A stretch of 64,000 nucleotides of DNA. It comes from an uncultured Actinomycetota bacterium. Its GTDB lineage: Bacteria; Actinomycetota; UBA4738. The position numbers were made by a program, and so were the translations under genes. Under the pieces are notes generated by a model. That model did no database searches. It worked only from the letters and a program-made list of their open reading frames with translations, and was not told the DNA's origin. Location: the NCBI GenBank assembly GCA_963770955.1, contig CAVYRK010000002.1, positions 485,381 to 549,380 of the forward strand, given 5' to 3'. This document shows, in pieces, positions 42,194 to 52,743 of this stretch (position 1 is the first letter of the stretch; every line of letters begins with the position of its first letter).

Positions 42194-44006
42194 ATGGCGC
42201 CACCGGATGAGCGCGACCGGGGAGGGGAAGACCTCTTCGAGGATCTGGACAAGTTCTTCGAACCCATCGACGAGGGATGGCCGGACGAGGCCGCCGCGAA
42301 GGGAACGGACGCGCCGCCCGCGGCCGGCGACGACGTCGTCATCGACCTCCGCGATCCCGCGTCCGAGCAGAGCCTGCCCGCGCCGGCCGAGGCGAGCCTG
42401 ACGCAGGTTGGGGCGGGGGGAGCGGCCGGCGGGTCCGAGCTGCTGGCCTCCGCGTCGGGCGGCGATTCCGGCGACACCGGGCCGTCCGAGACCGGCCAGG
42501 GCGAGGCCACCCGGGAGATGAGCGGAGAGGACTGGCGGCGCCTCCGCGAGGTGCTCGGCGAGGACGACGAGCCACCTGCCGGGCCGCCGGAGCCGGCCGG
42601 GCCCGACGTGGTGCTGGGCGAGGCTCCCGACGAGACCGAGACGTTCCCGCGCGAGGAGGCGGAAGCCGACGCCCGGGCGACGTGGGGACCGGACGAGGAC
42701 GCGCCCGCGGAGCCTCAGGAAGCGGAGGAGGAAGCGCGCCCCGGTGTGACGCTGGACGACCTGAAGAAAGCGCCGCCCGAGTACCGCGAGCTGCCGGTCG
42801 TGGAGGACGAGGGCGTGGGCGAGCCACCGCTCCCGGAGCCGGCGGCCCCATCGCGCGCCGAGGCTCCCGCGCCGGCGGAGGTGGAGGCCGCTGCCGACAT
42901 GTTCGCCGAGAGCGTTCGCCGGGAGACCGGCGAGCATCCGCCCGTTGCCCACGAAACGGCCGCCGAGGCCGCCGCGGTGTTCACGGCCGCGGCGCCGGAG
43001 CCGGGCGGCGACGACCTCCCGTGGGACGACGGCGACGAGGCGGGCGGGGTCCTGCCCGTTCCGCCGATGGAGGAATCAGGCACCGCCCCATCCATCGAGG
43101 ATCCGCTCGGCATCGGCGCCGTCGGCGGGCCCGCATGGGAGGAGCCGACCTCACACTCCGTCTTGCACGACCTGGTGCCGCCGGGCCTGTCCGAGCGGAA
43201 CCTGCCGGCCGCCCTGATCACCGCCGGCGTGCTGATCGTTGCCGCCATCGTGTCCCTGTGGATCAGCAAGGCCGCGTTCGCGGTCGTCGCGAGCATCATC
43301 GTGTTGATCGCGCAGGCCGAGCTGTACGCCACGATGCACCGCCGCGGCTATCAGCCGGCGACGGCGCTCGGCCTGGTGGTGGGCGCCATGCTGCTCGCCG
43401 GGCGCGTACCTGCGCGGCGAGCCGGCGATGTTGATGTTCGTCGCCCTGGGCGCCGTGCTCTCGTTCCTCTGGTACATGGCGGCGGCGCCGAAGGCGCGCG
43501 AGGGCGCGCTCCGCAACATCGGCCTGACGCTCCTCGGCATCGTCTACGTCCCGTTCCTCGCGGGGTACGCGCTGATCCTGCTGTCGCAGCCGAGCATGGG
43601 CACCGCGCTCGTGCTCTCGGTCCTCGGAGTGACGTTCCTGTACGACATCGCGGCGTTCGCCATGGGCTCGTTCTACGGGAAGCATCCGCTGGCGCCGACG
43701 ATCAGCCCGAAGAAGTCCTGGGAGGGCCTGTCGGGCGCGACGGTCGTGACGCTGTTCGTCGGCACGGCCGTGTTCTCCAACATCGCGCCGATCCAGCCGT
43801 CGATCCCGAAGGCGATCGGACTGGCGCTGGTGGTGGTGATTCTCGCGCCCCTCGGCGACCTCTCCGAGTCGCTGATCAAGCGCGACCTTCGCGTCAAGGA
43901 CATGGGCACGCTGTTGCCGGGGCACGGGGGCGTCCTCGATCGGATCGATTCTCTTCTCTTCGTATTGCCCGCTGCCTGGTACTTCCTCCGCCTCGTGGCG
44001 TCCTGA
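42194..44006 (+). pseudogene. cdsA: Phosphatidate cytidylyltransferase CdsA with ~325-aa acidic Pro/Glu/Ala-rich N-terminal region; one +1 break at ~43400-43403
   Basis: ORF 42194 carries the acidic region and the first TM helices. ORF 43428..44006 carries the rest, including SESLIKRDLRVKDMGTLLPGHGGVLDRIDS. Removing one G from GCCGGGCGCG joins them. Confidence 0.88.
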
Positions 44007-44026
44007 CCAGCGAAAACCCAGCTGGG

Positions 44027-44050
44027 GACCCCCCGAGGGGAGGGGGGGTC
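44027..44050 (+). terminator. Possible U-tract-less terminator hairpin after cdsA
   Basis: GACCCCCC-gaggggag-GGGGGGTC (8-bp stem) lies 21 nt after the cdsA stop. No T-run follows. Confidence 0.3.
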
Positions 44051-44165
44051 TGCGAAAGGATGTCCGACCGAAGACTCATAGAAACCGTCTCCGGAGCCGA
44101 TTCCCACTGATAGGAAGGCCGCTTCCGCCAAATGACGGCGGAGCGGGGTACCCTCTAGGAGAGCT

Positions 44166-45329
44166 ATGCGAACTGTTGCGATCCTCGGTTCCACCGGTTC
44201 GATCGGGACACAGGCGCTGGACGTCGTGCGGCGCAATCCCGACCGGTTCAAGGTCGTGGGGCTCGCCGCAGCGACCAGCCACGAGCTCCTCGTCGGGCAG
44301 ATCCGCGAGTTCCTGCCGCCGCTCGTCGCCATCGCCGACGAGGAAGCCGCAGCGGAGATCAAGGCCGGGCTCGGCGCGCTGCGCGGCGTGGAGGTCCTGG
44401 CCGGCACCGAGGCCGCCGAGACGGTCGCGCGCGAGTCCGAGGCCGACATGGTCCTGAACGCGATGGTCGGCGCCGTCGGCCTGGCGCCGTCGCTCGCGGC
44501 CCTCCAGTCTGGCAAGTCGCTGGCGCTCGCCAACAAGGAGTCGCTCATCGTCGGCGGCGAGCTCGTCATGGACCTGGTGAAGGGCGAGCCCGACCGGCTG
44601 ATCCCGGTCGACTCGGAGCACGCGGCGCTCGCGCAGTGCCTGCGCGGCGAGCGCAAGGAGGATCTCAAGCGCGTCGTCATCACCGCGTCCGGCGGCCCGT
44701 TCCGCGAGTGGAGCCGCGAGGAGCTGTCCAAGGCGTCCGTCAAGGAAGCGCTCGCGCACCCCACGTGGACGATGGGCCCCAAGATCACCGTCGACTCGGC
44801 GACCCTCATGAACAAGGGTCTCGAGGTGATCGAGGCGCACTACCTGTTCGGGCTCGACTACCGGGACATCGACGTGGTCGTGCACCCCGAGTCGATCATC
44901 CACGGCATCGCCGAGTTCGCCGACGGCAGCATGATGGCGCAGATGTCCACGCCGGACATGCGCCTGCCGATCCAGCTGGCGCTCGGGTTCCCCGATCGTC
45001 TGCCGGCGGGCATCCAGGGACTCGACCTGGCGAAGCTCGGGCGCCTGACGTTCGAGGACCTCAACCGCGAGGCCTTCCCCTCGGTCGGGCTGGCGTACCG
45101 GGCGGGCGAGCAGGGCAGCACGTTCCCCGCGGTGTTGAACGCGGCCAACGAGGTCGCCGTCATGGCGTTCCTCGAGGGCAAGATCCGCCTCACCGCCATC
45201 CCGGAGATCGTCGAGACGACGCTCGGCGAGCACGAGCCCGCGGACGTCGTTTCCGTCGTCACGCTGAACCGCGCCGACACCTGGGCTCGCCGCCGGGCGT
45301 CGGAGGCCATCGAAACATTGCAACATTGA
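44166..45329 (+). CDS. dxr: 1-deoxy-D-xylulose 5-phosphate reductoisomerase
   Basis: ORF 44166..45329, intact, behind AGGAGAG. ILGSTGSIGTQALDV, LANKESLV-like and DSEHAAL motifs. Confidence 0.93.
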   Translation: MRTVAILGSTGSIGTQALDVVRRNPDRFKVVGLAAATSHELLVGQIREFLPPLVAIADEEAAAEIKAGLGALRGVEVLAGTEAAETVARESEADMVLNAMVGAVGLAPSLAALQSGKSLALANKESLIVGGELVMDLVKGEPDRLIPVDSEHAALAQCLRGERKEDLKRVVITASGGPFREWSREELSKASVKEALAHPTWTMGPKITVDSATLMNKGLEVIEAHYLFGLDYRDIDVVVHPESIIHGIAEFADGSMMAQMSTPDMRLPIQLALGFPDRLPAGIQGLDLAKLGRLTFEDLNREAFPSVGLAYRAGEQGSTFPAVLNAANEVAVMAFLEGKIRLTAIPEIVETTLGEHEPADVVSVVTLNRADTWARRRASEAIETLQH

Positions 45330-45364
45330 TGAACCGCTTCTCCCGGTAAGCTGGTCCGACGCCG

Positions 45365-46498
45365 ATGTCCCAAGCCCTGTACGAGATCCTGTTCTTCTTC
45401 GCGATCATCGCCGTCATCGTCGTGCACGAGGCCGGCCACTTCTTCGCGGCGAAAGCCTGCAAGATGAAGGTCGAGGAGTTCTTCGTGGGGTTCGGCCCGC
45501 GGTTGTGGTCGACGCGCCGCGGCGAGACCGAGTACGGCGTCAAGGCGATTCCCCTGGGCGGGTACGTGCGCATCGCTGGCATGAACCCGCTCCAGCCACC
45601 GTCCGAGGAGGATCGCGGCAGGACCTACGCGGACAAGCCGACGTGGCAGCGCCTGCTGGTGGTGGGCTGCGGCCCGCTCACGCACTTCGTCCTGGCCATC
45701 CTGATCCTCGGATCGGTGCTGGTGTTCTTCGGGACGCCTTCGTACGGTCCGCATCCCGTGATCGACAGCGTGTCGCCGACGCTGGTGAACGGCGCGCCGT
45801 CGCCGGCGGCGGCCGCCGGGCTGAAGGCCGGCGACGCCATCGTGGCCGTGAACGGCACGCCGGTCGGCACCGCGGACGATCTGGTGCCGGTGCTGCGCGC
45901 CAACGCGGGCACTCCCGTCCACATCGTGTACGTCCGCGACGGAACGCGCCACGACGCGACCGTGACACCGCAGCTCGCGTCGCTCGACGGGAAGCAGGTG
46001 GCGCTGATCGGCATCCAGATCCCGCGGACGCTGGGCTACGACCGGGCGAACCCGTTCTTCGCGGTCGTGCGGGGCACTCGCCTGACCTACGACATCTCGG
46101 CGGCCGTCGTCGCGCGCATGGGCCAGGTGTTCGGACCATCGGGGATTCACCGCATCATCGAGCTCCTCGGCGGCGCGCCGCGGAGGACGACCGACGTCGG
46201 GACCGTGGTCGGCACCGCGCGCCTGGCCGGGCAGGCGGCGGCCAGCCGTGACTGGGCCGATCTGCTGGTCCTGTTCGCCACGGTCAACATCTTCGTCGGC
46301 ATCCTGAACCTCCTGCCGGTGCCTCCCTTCGACGGCGGCCACGTGGCCGTCGCGCTGTGGGAAAAGGTCACCCGCCGCCCGGTGGACTCCCGCCGGCTGA
46401 TCCCGGTGGCCGCCGTCGTGATGGGGTTCCTGGTGCTCTTCTCCGTCTCGGTTCTCTACCTGGACCTCGTGAACCCCATCCCGAACCCCTTCCGGTAG
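45365..46498 (+). CDS. rseP: M50 site-2 (RIP) zinc metalloprotease, RseP/Rip1-like
   Basis: ORF 45365..46498, intact. HEAGHFF HExxH motif in the first TM segment, a PDZ-like middle region, and C-terminal [12 protein letters not shown]. Confidence 0.9.
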   Translation: MSQALYEILFFFAIIAVIVVHEAGHFFAAKACKMKVEEFFVGFGPRLWSTRRGETEYGVKAIPLGGYVRIAGMNPLQPPSEEDRGRTYADKPTWQRLLVVGCGPLTHFVLAILILGSVLVFFGTPSYGPHPVIDSVSPTLVNGAPSPAAAAGLKAGDAIVAVNGTPVGTADDLVPVLRANAGTPVHIVYVRDGTRHDATVTPQLASLDGKQVALIGIQIPRTLGYDRANPFFAVVRGTRLTYDISAAVVARMGQVFGPSGIHRIIELLGGAPRRTTDVGTVVGTARLAGQAAASRDWADLLVLFATVNIFVGILNLLPVPPFDGGHVAVALWEKVTRRPVDSRRLIPVAAVVMGFLVLFSVSVLYLDLVNPIPNPFR

Positions 46499-46577
46499 TC
46501 CCTCTCCAGCGCGGAACGGCTCCAGCACACCTTCTTCACAGCGCCGCAAATGTGCCCGGGAGACCCGGCGGGCTACC

Positions 46578-47287
46578 ATGGTGGCGATGTCGGGACGGTC
46601 CATTCTGGTGGTCGAGGACGAGGAGGCCATCGCCGAGGCGGTGCGCGTCCGCCTGGCGAGTGAGGGCTTCGAGGTTCGCGTCGCCGGAGACGGGCCCGAG
46701 GCCCTCGCGCCTCGCCGGCGAGGAGCGGCCCGACCTGGTGGTCCTCGACCTGATGCTTCCCGGCATGGACGGCCTCGAGGTGTGCCGCGAGCTCCAGCGC
46801 GAGTCGTGGGTCCCGGTGCTGATGCTCACCGCGCGCGCGGACGAGGCCGACAAGGTGGCCGGGCTCGCGGTCGGCGCAGACGACTACATGACCAAGCCGT
46901 TCAGCCTGCGCGAGCTGACGGCCCGCGTGCGCGCGATCCTGCGCCGCATGGAGCGCATGCGCCAGGTGCAGGACGGCGAGCCGCTCGAGCGGTTCGATCT
47001 GCTGATCGACACCGGCGCGGCGCCGCGTGACGAAGAACGACGAGGAGGTCGTGCTCACGCCCCTCGAGTTCGAGATCCTCGCGACGCTCGCGCGCCAGCC
47101 GGGCGTGGTGATGGGCCGCGACGACCTGATGGACCGCGTCTGGGGCTACCGGGACTACGCCGGCGGGCGCGTGGTCGACTCGCACGTTGCCCGCATCCGC
47201 CGGAAGCTCGGAGACGATGCCGCCGAGCCCAGCTACATCCGGACCGTCCACGGCGTGGGGTACGCGTTCCGGGAAGACGGATCGTGA
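46578..47287 (+). pseudogene. OmpR-family response regulator; two +1 breaks (~46707-46712, ~47018-47024)
   Basis: [12 protein letters not shown] is in ORF 46578. [14 protein letters not shown]...DDYMTKPF is in the ORF 46357 frame. The winged-helix LTPLEFEIL...[11 protein letters not shown] is in ORF 47027..47287. Confidence 0.88.
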
Positions 47288-48807
47288 GCGGGAGCCACCG
47301 GGCGGCTGCGCGTCGATGGACGCGTCCGCTCGACCGCCTGCCCTCGATCCGGGCCAAGCTCGGCTCGGTCATCGTCTTCGCGGTGGCCGTCACCATCCTG
47401 ATCATGTACCTGACCGTTGGGTTCGCCCTGCGCAAGAAGGAGCAGGGCCAGCAGTTCCTGATCCTGCAGGAGCAGACGCAGACCGTGGTGGCCGCCGGGT
47501 TCTCCGACTCCGGCAATCCCACCGCCGCGCTGGGCCGCGTGCTCGACAAGTACCGGCGGCCGGCCGTCGTCGTCGACAGCACGGGGGACGTGCTGATCCA
47601 GCAGTTCCCGTTGCCCTCAACGGTGAGCCGTGTGCTGCACGGGCAGACGGACACGGGTACGACGGATGGCTACCAGTACTACGGCTATCCCGTGTATCGC
47701 ACCGGCCGCGGCATCGTCTTTGCCGTCTACCTGGCGCGGCCCGTCGCCGGCGGCGGCCTCTCCGGCGCCGTCCGCACGACCCTCAGCCTGTTGAAGTCCG
47801 TGTGGTGGCAGCTGCTCCTGGCGGGCGCGATCTCGGCCGCGATCGCGCTCGGCCTCGCGCGCCTCATGGCTCGCGGCATGACGCAGCCGATCCGCGACAT
47901 GGCGGCCGCGGCCAACCGGCTGTCGCGCGGGGAGTACGGCGAGCGCGTCCCCGTCGAGAGCCGTGACGAGATCGGCCAGCTGGCGGAGACGTTCAACCGG
48001 ATGGCGACGGAGCTCGAGAGCCTGGAGCGGCTGCGCCGCGACCTGGTGGCGAACGTCTCCCACGAGCTGAAGACGCCGATCGCCGCCCTGCGCGCGCACC
48101 TCGAGAACCTGCTGGACGGCGTCGAGGAACCGAGGCGGGAGACGCTGCAGGTGATGCTCGAGCAGTCCGAGCGCCTGACCCGTCTGGTGGAGGAGCTGCT
48201 CGACCTGTCGAGGCTGGAGTCCGGCGGCGTGACCCTCACGATGGAGCCGGTCGCGCTGACGCCGCTCGTCCGGCAGGTCGGCCGGGAGATCCAGATCGCC
48301 CGTGGGGAGGGCGTCGTGTTCCGCAACGAGGTCCCCGGCGATCTCCCGCCCGTCCGGGCCGACCGCGAGCGTCTGCACCAGGTCCTGTTCAACCTGCTCG
48401 ACAACGCGTTCCGGTTCACCCCGCCCGGCGGCTCCGTGACCGTGTCGGCGGCGCGGGTGAACGCGTTGTGCGAGGTGACGGTCGACGACACCGGTCCCGG
48501 CATCCCGGAGGAGCACCTGCCGTTCGTCTTCGAGCGCTTCTACCGCGTGGACAGCGCGCGCTCGCGCGGCGACGGCGGGACCGGCATCGGCCTGACGATC
48601 GTGCGGTCGGTCGTCGAGGCGCACGGAGGACACATCTGGGCGGAACGGCGCGAGGAAGGCGGTTCGCGCTTCCGGTTCGAGCTGCCGTTCGACGGCCCGG
48701 CGCCCGCGGAGGCGCGGACCGACCGCACCGACCGGATCACCCGTCCGACGCCGCCGGCGCCCCGCCGCGCCCCCGACCGGACCCCCGTCGCCATGGAGGC
48801 ATCGTGA
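47284..48807 (+). CDS. Sensor histidine kinase (2 TM, HAMP, HisKA, HATPase_c)
   Basis: GTG 47284 overlaps the regulator stop. H-box [13 protein letters not shown]-box [16 protein letters not shown] and GTGIGLTIV. Confidence 0.9.
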   Translation: MSGSHRAAARRWTRPLDRLPSIRAKLGSVIVFAVAVTILIMYLTVGFALRKKEQGQQFLILQEQTQTVVAAGFSDSGNPTAALGRVLDKYRRPAVVVDSTGDVLIQQFPLPSTVSRVLHGQTDTGTTDGYQYYGYPVYRTGRGIVFAVYLARPVAGGGLSGAVRTTLSLLKSVWWQLLLAGAISAAIALGLARLMARGMTQPIRDMAAAANRLSRGEYGERVPVESRDEIGQLAETFNRMATELESLERLRRDLVANVSHELKTPIAALRAHLENLLDGVEEPRRETLQVMLEQSERLTRLVEELLDLSRLESGGVTLTMEPVALTPLVRQVGREIQIARGEGVVFRNEVPGDLPPVRADRERLHQVLFNLLDNAFRFTPPGGSVTVSAARVNALCEVTVDDTGPGIPEEHLPFVFERFYRVDSARSRGDGGTGIGLTIVRSVVEAHGGHIWAERREEGGSRFRFELPFDGPAPAEARTDRTDRITRPTPPAPRRAPDRTPVAMEAS

Positions 48808-49259
48808 AATCGCGGACCGAGACCCTGATCGTGCGCCCGGAGGGCAGGCACGACTACGTGGACCTGACCGAAGAGCTCCAGCGGGCCGTCAAGGACGCCG
48901 GGGTGACCGAGGGGTGCGCGGTCGTGTTCTGCGCGCACACGACCGCGGCGTTGCTGATCAACGAGTGGGAGGACGGGGCGCTGAACGACTTCCGGGCGCG
49001 GCTCGACGCGCTGGTGCCCGGCGACGTCGACTACGCGCACGACGACCTGACCCGCCGGACGCAGAACCTCCAGGAGGTCCACGAGCGCCCCAACGGCCGC
49101 TCGCACGTGAGCCAGATGCTGCTGGGGCAGACCTCGCACGCCATTCCCGTGACCCAGGGCGAGCCCATGCTCGGCCGCTGGCAGCGCCTGATGCTGATCG
49201 AGCTCGACGAGCCCAAGCCGGTCGGCCGGAGCGTCGTCTTCCACGTCTTCGGCGAATGA
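48804..49259 (+). CDS. yjbQ: YjbQ/UPF0047 family protein (secondary thiamine-phosphate synthase-type)
   Basis: GTG 48804 overlaps the kinase stop. [18 protein letters not shown]...[12 protein letters not shown]...[12 protein letters not shown]. Confidence 0.82.
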   Translation: MKSRTETLIVRPEGRHDYVDLTEELQRAVKDAGVTEGCAVVFCAHTTAALLINEWEDGALNDFRARLDALVPGDVDYAHDDLTRRTQNLQEVHERPNGRSHVSQMLLGQTSHAIPVTQGEPMLGRWQRLMLIELDEPKPVGRSVVFHVFGE

Positions 49260-49307
49260 CGAGCTCGCCGGGTCGCGGCGCGTGCCCGTGGGATACTGGC
49301 GGTTCCC

Positions 49308-49352
49308 ATGTTGAACGAACGCCAATGTTGAACGAACGCCAATGTTGAACGA
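49308..49352 (+). repeat. Tandem 17-bp direct repeat (2 full copies plus 11 nt) containing the ispG start codon
   Basis: ATGTTGAACGAACGCCA at 49308-49324 and again at 49325-49341. ATGTTGAACGA at 49342-49352 is the ispG start. Confidence 0.95.
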
Positions 49353-50445
49353 GCGAAGGAAGTCGCGGAAGCTGCGGGTCGGCTCGGTCGAGGTCGGCGG
49401 CGACGCCCCCATCAGCATCCAGTCGATGACGACGACCAAGACGTCGGACGTCAACGCGACGCTTCAGCAGATGGCGTCGCTGGTCGCGGCCGGCGTCGAC
49501 ATCGTCCGCGTCGCCGTGCCGCACTGGGAGGACGCGGAGGCGCTCAAGACCATCGCGGAGCACGCGACGGTCCCGGTCGTCGCCGACATCCACTTCCAGT
49601 GGAAGTACGCGATGGCGGCGCTCGAGGCGGGCGTGCACGGCCTGCGGATCAATCCCGGCAACATCAAGTACCACGACAAGGTCAGGCTCATCGCGCGCGA
49701 GGCGAAGGCGCGCGACGTCCCGATCCGCATCGGGGTGAACGCGGGGTCGCTCGAGAAGGACCTGCTGGCCAAGTACGGCCGGCCCACGCCGGAGGCGCTG
49801 GTGGAGAGCGCGCTGAACGAGGCGCGCATCCTGGAGGACGAGGACTTCTTCGACATGAAGATCTCCGTGAAGCATGCGACGCCCGCGGTGATGATCGAGG
49901 CGTACCGGCTCCTGGCGGAGAAGTGCGACTACCCCCTGCATCTCGGGGTCACCGAGGCCGGTCCGTTGCCGGCGGGCGGCATCAAGTCCGCGGTTGGGAT
50001 CGGCACGCTCCTGGCGGAGGGCATCGGCGACACCATTCGCGTGTCGCTCACGGACGACCCCGTCGAGGAGGTCAAGGCCGGGACGTGGATCCTGCAGTCG
50101 CTCGGCCTTCGGAAGCGCGGCCTGGACCTGGTGGCCTGCCCCTCGTGCGGCCGCGCCGAGGTCAACGTGCTGAAGCTGACCAAGGAAGTGAACGAGGCGC
50201 TGGAGGCCGCGAAGCTGGACGCGCCCATCCGCGTGGCGGTCATGGGCTGCGTCGTGAACGGGCCGGGCGAGGCCCGGGAAGCCGACCTCGGGATCGCCAG
50301 CGGTAACGGCTACGGGCAGCTCATCATCGGTGGCGAGGTCGCCCGCAACCGCATCCCGGAGGACCAGATCGTCGACGTCCTGGTCGCGGAGGCCCGCCGC
50401 CTGGCCGAGGAGAAGGCGAAGGAATCCGCCGACCTCGGCCCCTGA
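49342..50445 (+). CDS. ispG: 4-hydroxy-3-methylbut-2-enyl diphosphate synthase
   Basis: ORF 49342..50445, intact. [18 protein letters not shown], and the CPSCGR...GCVVNGPGE Fe-S motifs. Confidence 0.93.
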   Translation: MLNERRKSRKLRVGSVEVGGDAPISIQSMTTTKTSDVNATLQQMASLVAAGVDIVRVAVPHWEDAEALKTIAEHATVPVVADIHFQWKYAMAALEAGVHGLRINPGNIKYHDKVRLIAREAKARDVPIRIGVNAGSLEKDLLAKYGRPTPEALVESALNEARILEDEDFFDMKISVKHATPAVMIEAYRLLAEKCDYPLHLGVTEAGPLPAGGIKSAVGIGTLLAEGIGDTIRVSLTDDPVEEVKAGTWILQSLGLRKRGLDLVACPSCGRAEVNVLKLTKEVNEALEAAKLDAPIRVAVMGCVVNGPGEAREADLGIASGNGYGQLIIGGEVARNRIPEDQIVDVLVAEARRLAEEKAKESADLGP

Positions 50446-50506
50446 CCGGCCGCCGATTCGGGCGAGGGACTGTTCCTGCGGGTACCCCGCTGCCGATACG
50501 AACATC

Positions 50507-51433
50507 GTGAAACCTCGCGTCCTCGCCGTGCTCGTGCTCGCCGTCGGGCTGCTGGGCGCCCCGAGCGCCGCCCAGGCCGCGCCGGTCCCCGGCACCTCGT
50601 GCGACGTCTTCCCCGCGAACAACATCTGGAACACCGACATCTCCACCCTCCCGGTGAACCCGAACAACTCGCGCTGGAAGAAGACCATGCACACGAAGAC
50701 GACCAAGCTGCATCCAGACTTCGGCGCCCCGCCGTACGGCATGCCGTTCGCCGTGGTGGACAACTCGACGCCGACGACCCCGGTCCACTTCCAGTACGGC
50801 GACGAGAGCGACCCCGGTCCCTACCCGTTCACCGCGAGCACGCCGATCGAAGGCGGATCCGACCGGCACGCGTTCATGATCAACTCGGACACCTGCACGC
50901 TGTACGAGCTGTTCAACGCGAAGTGGAACAGCGGCAACCCGACGGCAGGCAGCGGCGCCATCTTCGACCTGGGCTCCAATGCGCTGCGCCCCGAGGGCTG
51001 GACCTCCGCGGACGCCGCAGGGCTGCCGATCTTCCCCGGCCTGGTGCGCTACGACGAGGTGCAGGCCGGCGCGATCGACCACGCGATCCGCATGACGGTC
51101 GACTGCACGAGCAGGCATTACCTGTGGCCGGCGCGGCACGAGGCGGGCTCCTCGAACCGGGACTGCCCGCCGATGGGAGCGCGGTTCCGCCTGGTGATGA
51201 GCTTCGACGACAGCAAGTTCAGCCCCGACGCGCGCGTCGTCGTCGACGCGATGAAGCACTACGGGCTGATCGTCGCCGACAACGGCTCCGACTGGTACTT
51301 CCAGGGGACCGAGGACAGCCACTGGTCGGACTCGCTGCTCGACCAGCTGAAGACGATCCCCGCGTCGCAGTTCCAGGCCGTCTCCGAGGGCGGCTGCAAG
51401 GTCGACCCCGACTCGGCACAGTCCATCTGCTAG
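50507..51433 (+). CDS. Secreted Cys-containing hypothetical protein (308 aa)
   Basis: GTG 50507 within ORF 50330..51433. Signal peptide VKPRVLAVLVLAVGLLGAPSAAQA. No family recognised with confidence. Confidence 0.6.
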   Translation: MKPRVLAVLVLAVGLLGAPSAAQAAPVPGTSCDVFPANNIWNTDISTLPVNPNNSRWKKTMHTKTTKLHPDFGAPPYGMPFAVVDNSTPTTPVHFQYGDESDPGPYPFTASTPIEGGSDRHAFMINSDTCTLYELFNAKWNSGNPTAGSGAIFDLGSNALRPEGWTSADAAGLPIFPGLVRYDEVQAGAIDHAIRMTVDCTSRHYLWPARHEAGSSNRDCPPMGARFRLVMSFDDSKFSPDARVVVDAMKHYGLIVADNGSDWYFQGTEDSHWSDSLLDQLKTIPASQFQAVSEGGCKVDPDSAQSIC

Positions 51434-51469
51434 CCCCCTCCCCTTCGATAGCGCTTGCTGATGGGCTAG

Positions 51470-51494
51470 GATGCACCCCTCATCGGGGTGCATC
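51470..51494 (+). other. Perfect 10-bp-stem hairpin between the two secreted-protein genes
   Basis: GATGCACCCC-tcatc-GGGGTGCATC. No T-tract follows. It lies 19 nt upstream of the next start codon. Confidence 0.5.
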
Positions 51495-51512
51495 GATCGC
51501 AAGGGGGGAAGA

Positions 51513-52154
51513 ATGCGCAGGGTGCGAGTCGTCGTCGTGTTCGCCGTCATGGCCGGTCTGGTGGCTGCGTGGACGCTGCCGGGAAACGCCGCCGCCAATC
51601 CCAACCTCATCATCAACGGCAGCTTCGAGAAGCCGAAGCTACAGACAGGCCAGCAGTCGTTCGGCCCGGGACACGCCATGGGCAAGTGCGACCACGGGAC
51701 GTCCCATCACTGCTGGCTGCAGACCGCCGGAGTCGTCGACCTGGTGACCTCGTCCGTGTGGCAGCCGAAGAAGGGCAGCCAGAGCGTGGACCTGAACAGC
51801 GGGTCCGAGGCCGCAGAGTTCGCGCAGGCGGTGAACATCACGCCGGGTTCCACGTACCGGGTGACGTTCTGGCTCGCGGCGACGCCCGGCTCGCCCGACA
51901 ACGTCGCGCTGGCCGTGTTCTGGGGCAACATCGACCAGCACGGGAACACCATCTCCACGCACGAGCACGACTTCGGGTTCGCGCCCTTCGGACACACCGC
52001 GTCCCACATGGGCTGGACGAAGGAGTCGTTCGTGGAGACGGCCGACCCGAACGACGCGGAGGTGCGGCTCTACTTCCTGAGCACGACCAACCTGGGTGAG
52101 GGGAACGAGGACTTCGGACCCGTCGTCGACGCAGTCAGCATCAAGGGGGCCTAG
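51513..52154 (+). CDS. Secreted DUF642 / choice-of-anchor-C-like protein
   Basis: ATG 51513 behind AAGGGGGGAAG. Signal peptide, then NLIINGSFEKP...GSQSVDLNS...STYRVTFWLAATP, typical of that family. Confidence 0.65.
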   Translation: MRRVRVVVVFAVMAGLVAAWTLPGNAAANPNLIINGSFEKPKLQTGQQSFGPGHAMGKCDHGTSHHCWLQTAGVVDLVTSSVWQPKKGSQSVDLNSGSEAAEFAQAVNITPGSTYRVTFWLAATPGSPDNVALAVFWGNIDQHGNTISTHEHDFGFAPFGHTASHMGWTKESFVETADPNDAEVRLYFLSTTNLGEGNEDFGPVVDAVSIKGA

Positions 52155-52164
52155 CGGGGGCTCC

Positions 52165-52743
52165 CTACGGGGAGACCGGGACGAGCCCGAGGAAGTTCTC
52201 CACGATCTGCGGCCCGTAGGGCGTGAGGATCGATTCCGGATGGAACTGCACGCCGAAGCGCGGCAGCGAGCGGTGTTCGACGGCCATGACCAGACCGTCC
52301 TCCGTCTCGGCGGTCACGAGCAGCTCGGCGGGCAGGTCGCCGCGGTCCACGACCAGCGAGTGGTAGCGCCCGGCCTCGAACGGGCTCGGCAGCCCGGCGA
52401 GGATGCCGTGGCCCTCGTGATAGACGAGCGAGGCCTTGCCGTGGACGGGCTCCGGCGCGCGCACCACCGGACCGCCGAACGCCGCCCCGATGGCCTGGTG
52501 GCCCAGGCACACGCCCAGCAGCGGCGTGGCGTCGTCGATCGCGTCCACCATGTCCAGGAAGCAGCCGGCCGACTCCGGCCGTCCGGGTCCGGGCGACAGG
52601 ATGACGGCCTGCGGCGACCGCGCCGCCAGCTCGGCCGCGCCTGCGTCGTCGGAGCGCACGACCCTGGTCCCGTGACCGAAGCTCTCGACGAGCTGCACCA
52701 GGTTGTAGACGAAGCTGTCGTAGTGATCGACCACCAGGATCAT
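52165..52743 (-). CDS. trpG: Anthranilate synthase component II (glutamine amidotransferase)
   Basis: ORF 52165..52743. GVCLGHQ catalytic Cys and FHPES. The start overlaps the trpE stop. Confidence 0.88.
   Translation of the reverse strand: MILVVDHYDSFVYNLVQLVESFGHGTRVVRSDDAGAAELAARSPQAVILSPGPGRPESAGCFLDMVDAIDDATPLLGVCLGHQAIGAAFGGPVVRAPEPVHGKASLVYHEGHGILAGLPSPFEAGRYHSLVVDRGDLPAELLVTAETEDGLVMAVEHRSLPRFGVQFHPESILTPYGPQIVENFLGLVPVSP

Noticed and set aside
49308-49352. CRISPR-like array or other spaced repeats
   Set aside because: The 17-bp units are directly tandem with no spacers, only about 2.6 copies exist, and they overlap a start codon. I noticed no other repeat-spacer structure in the window.
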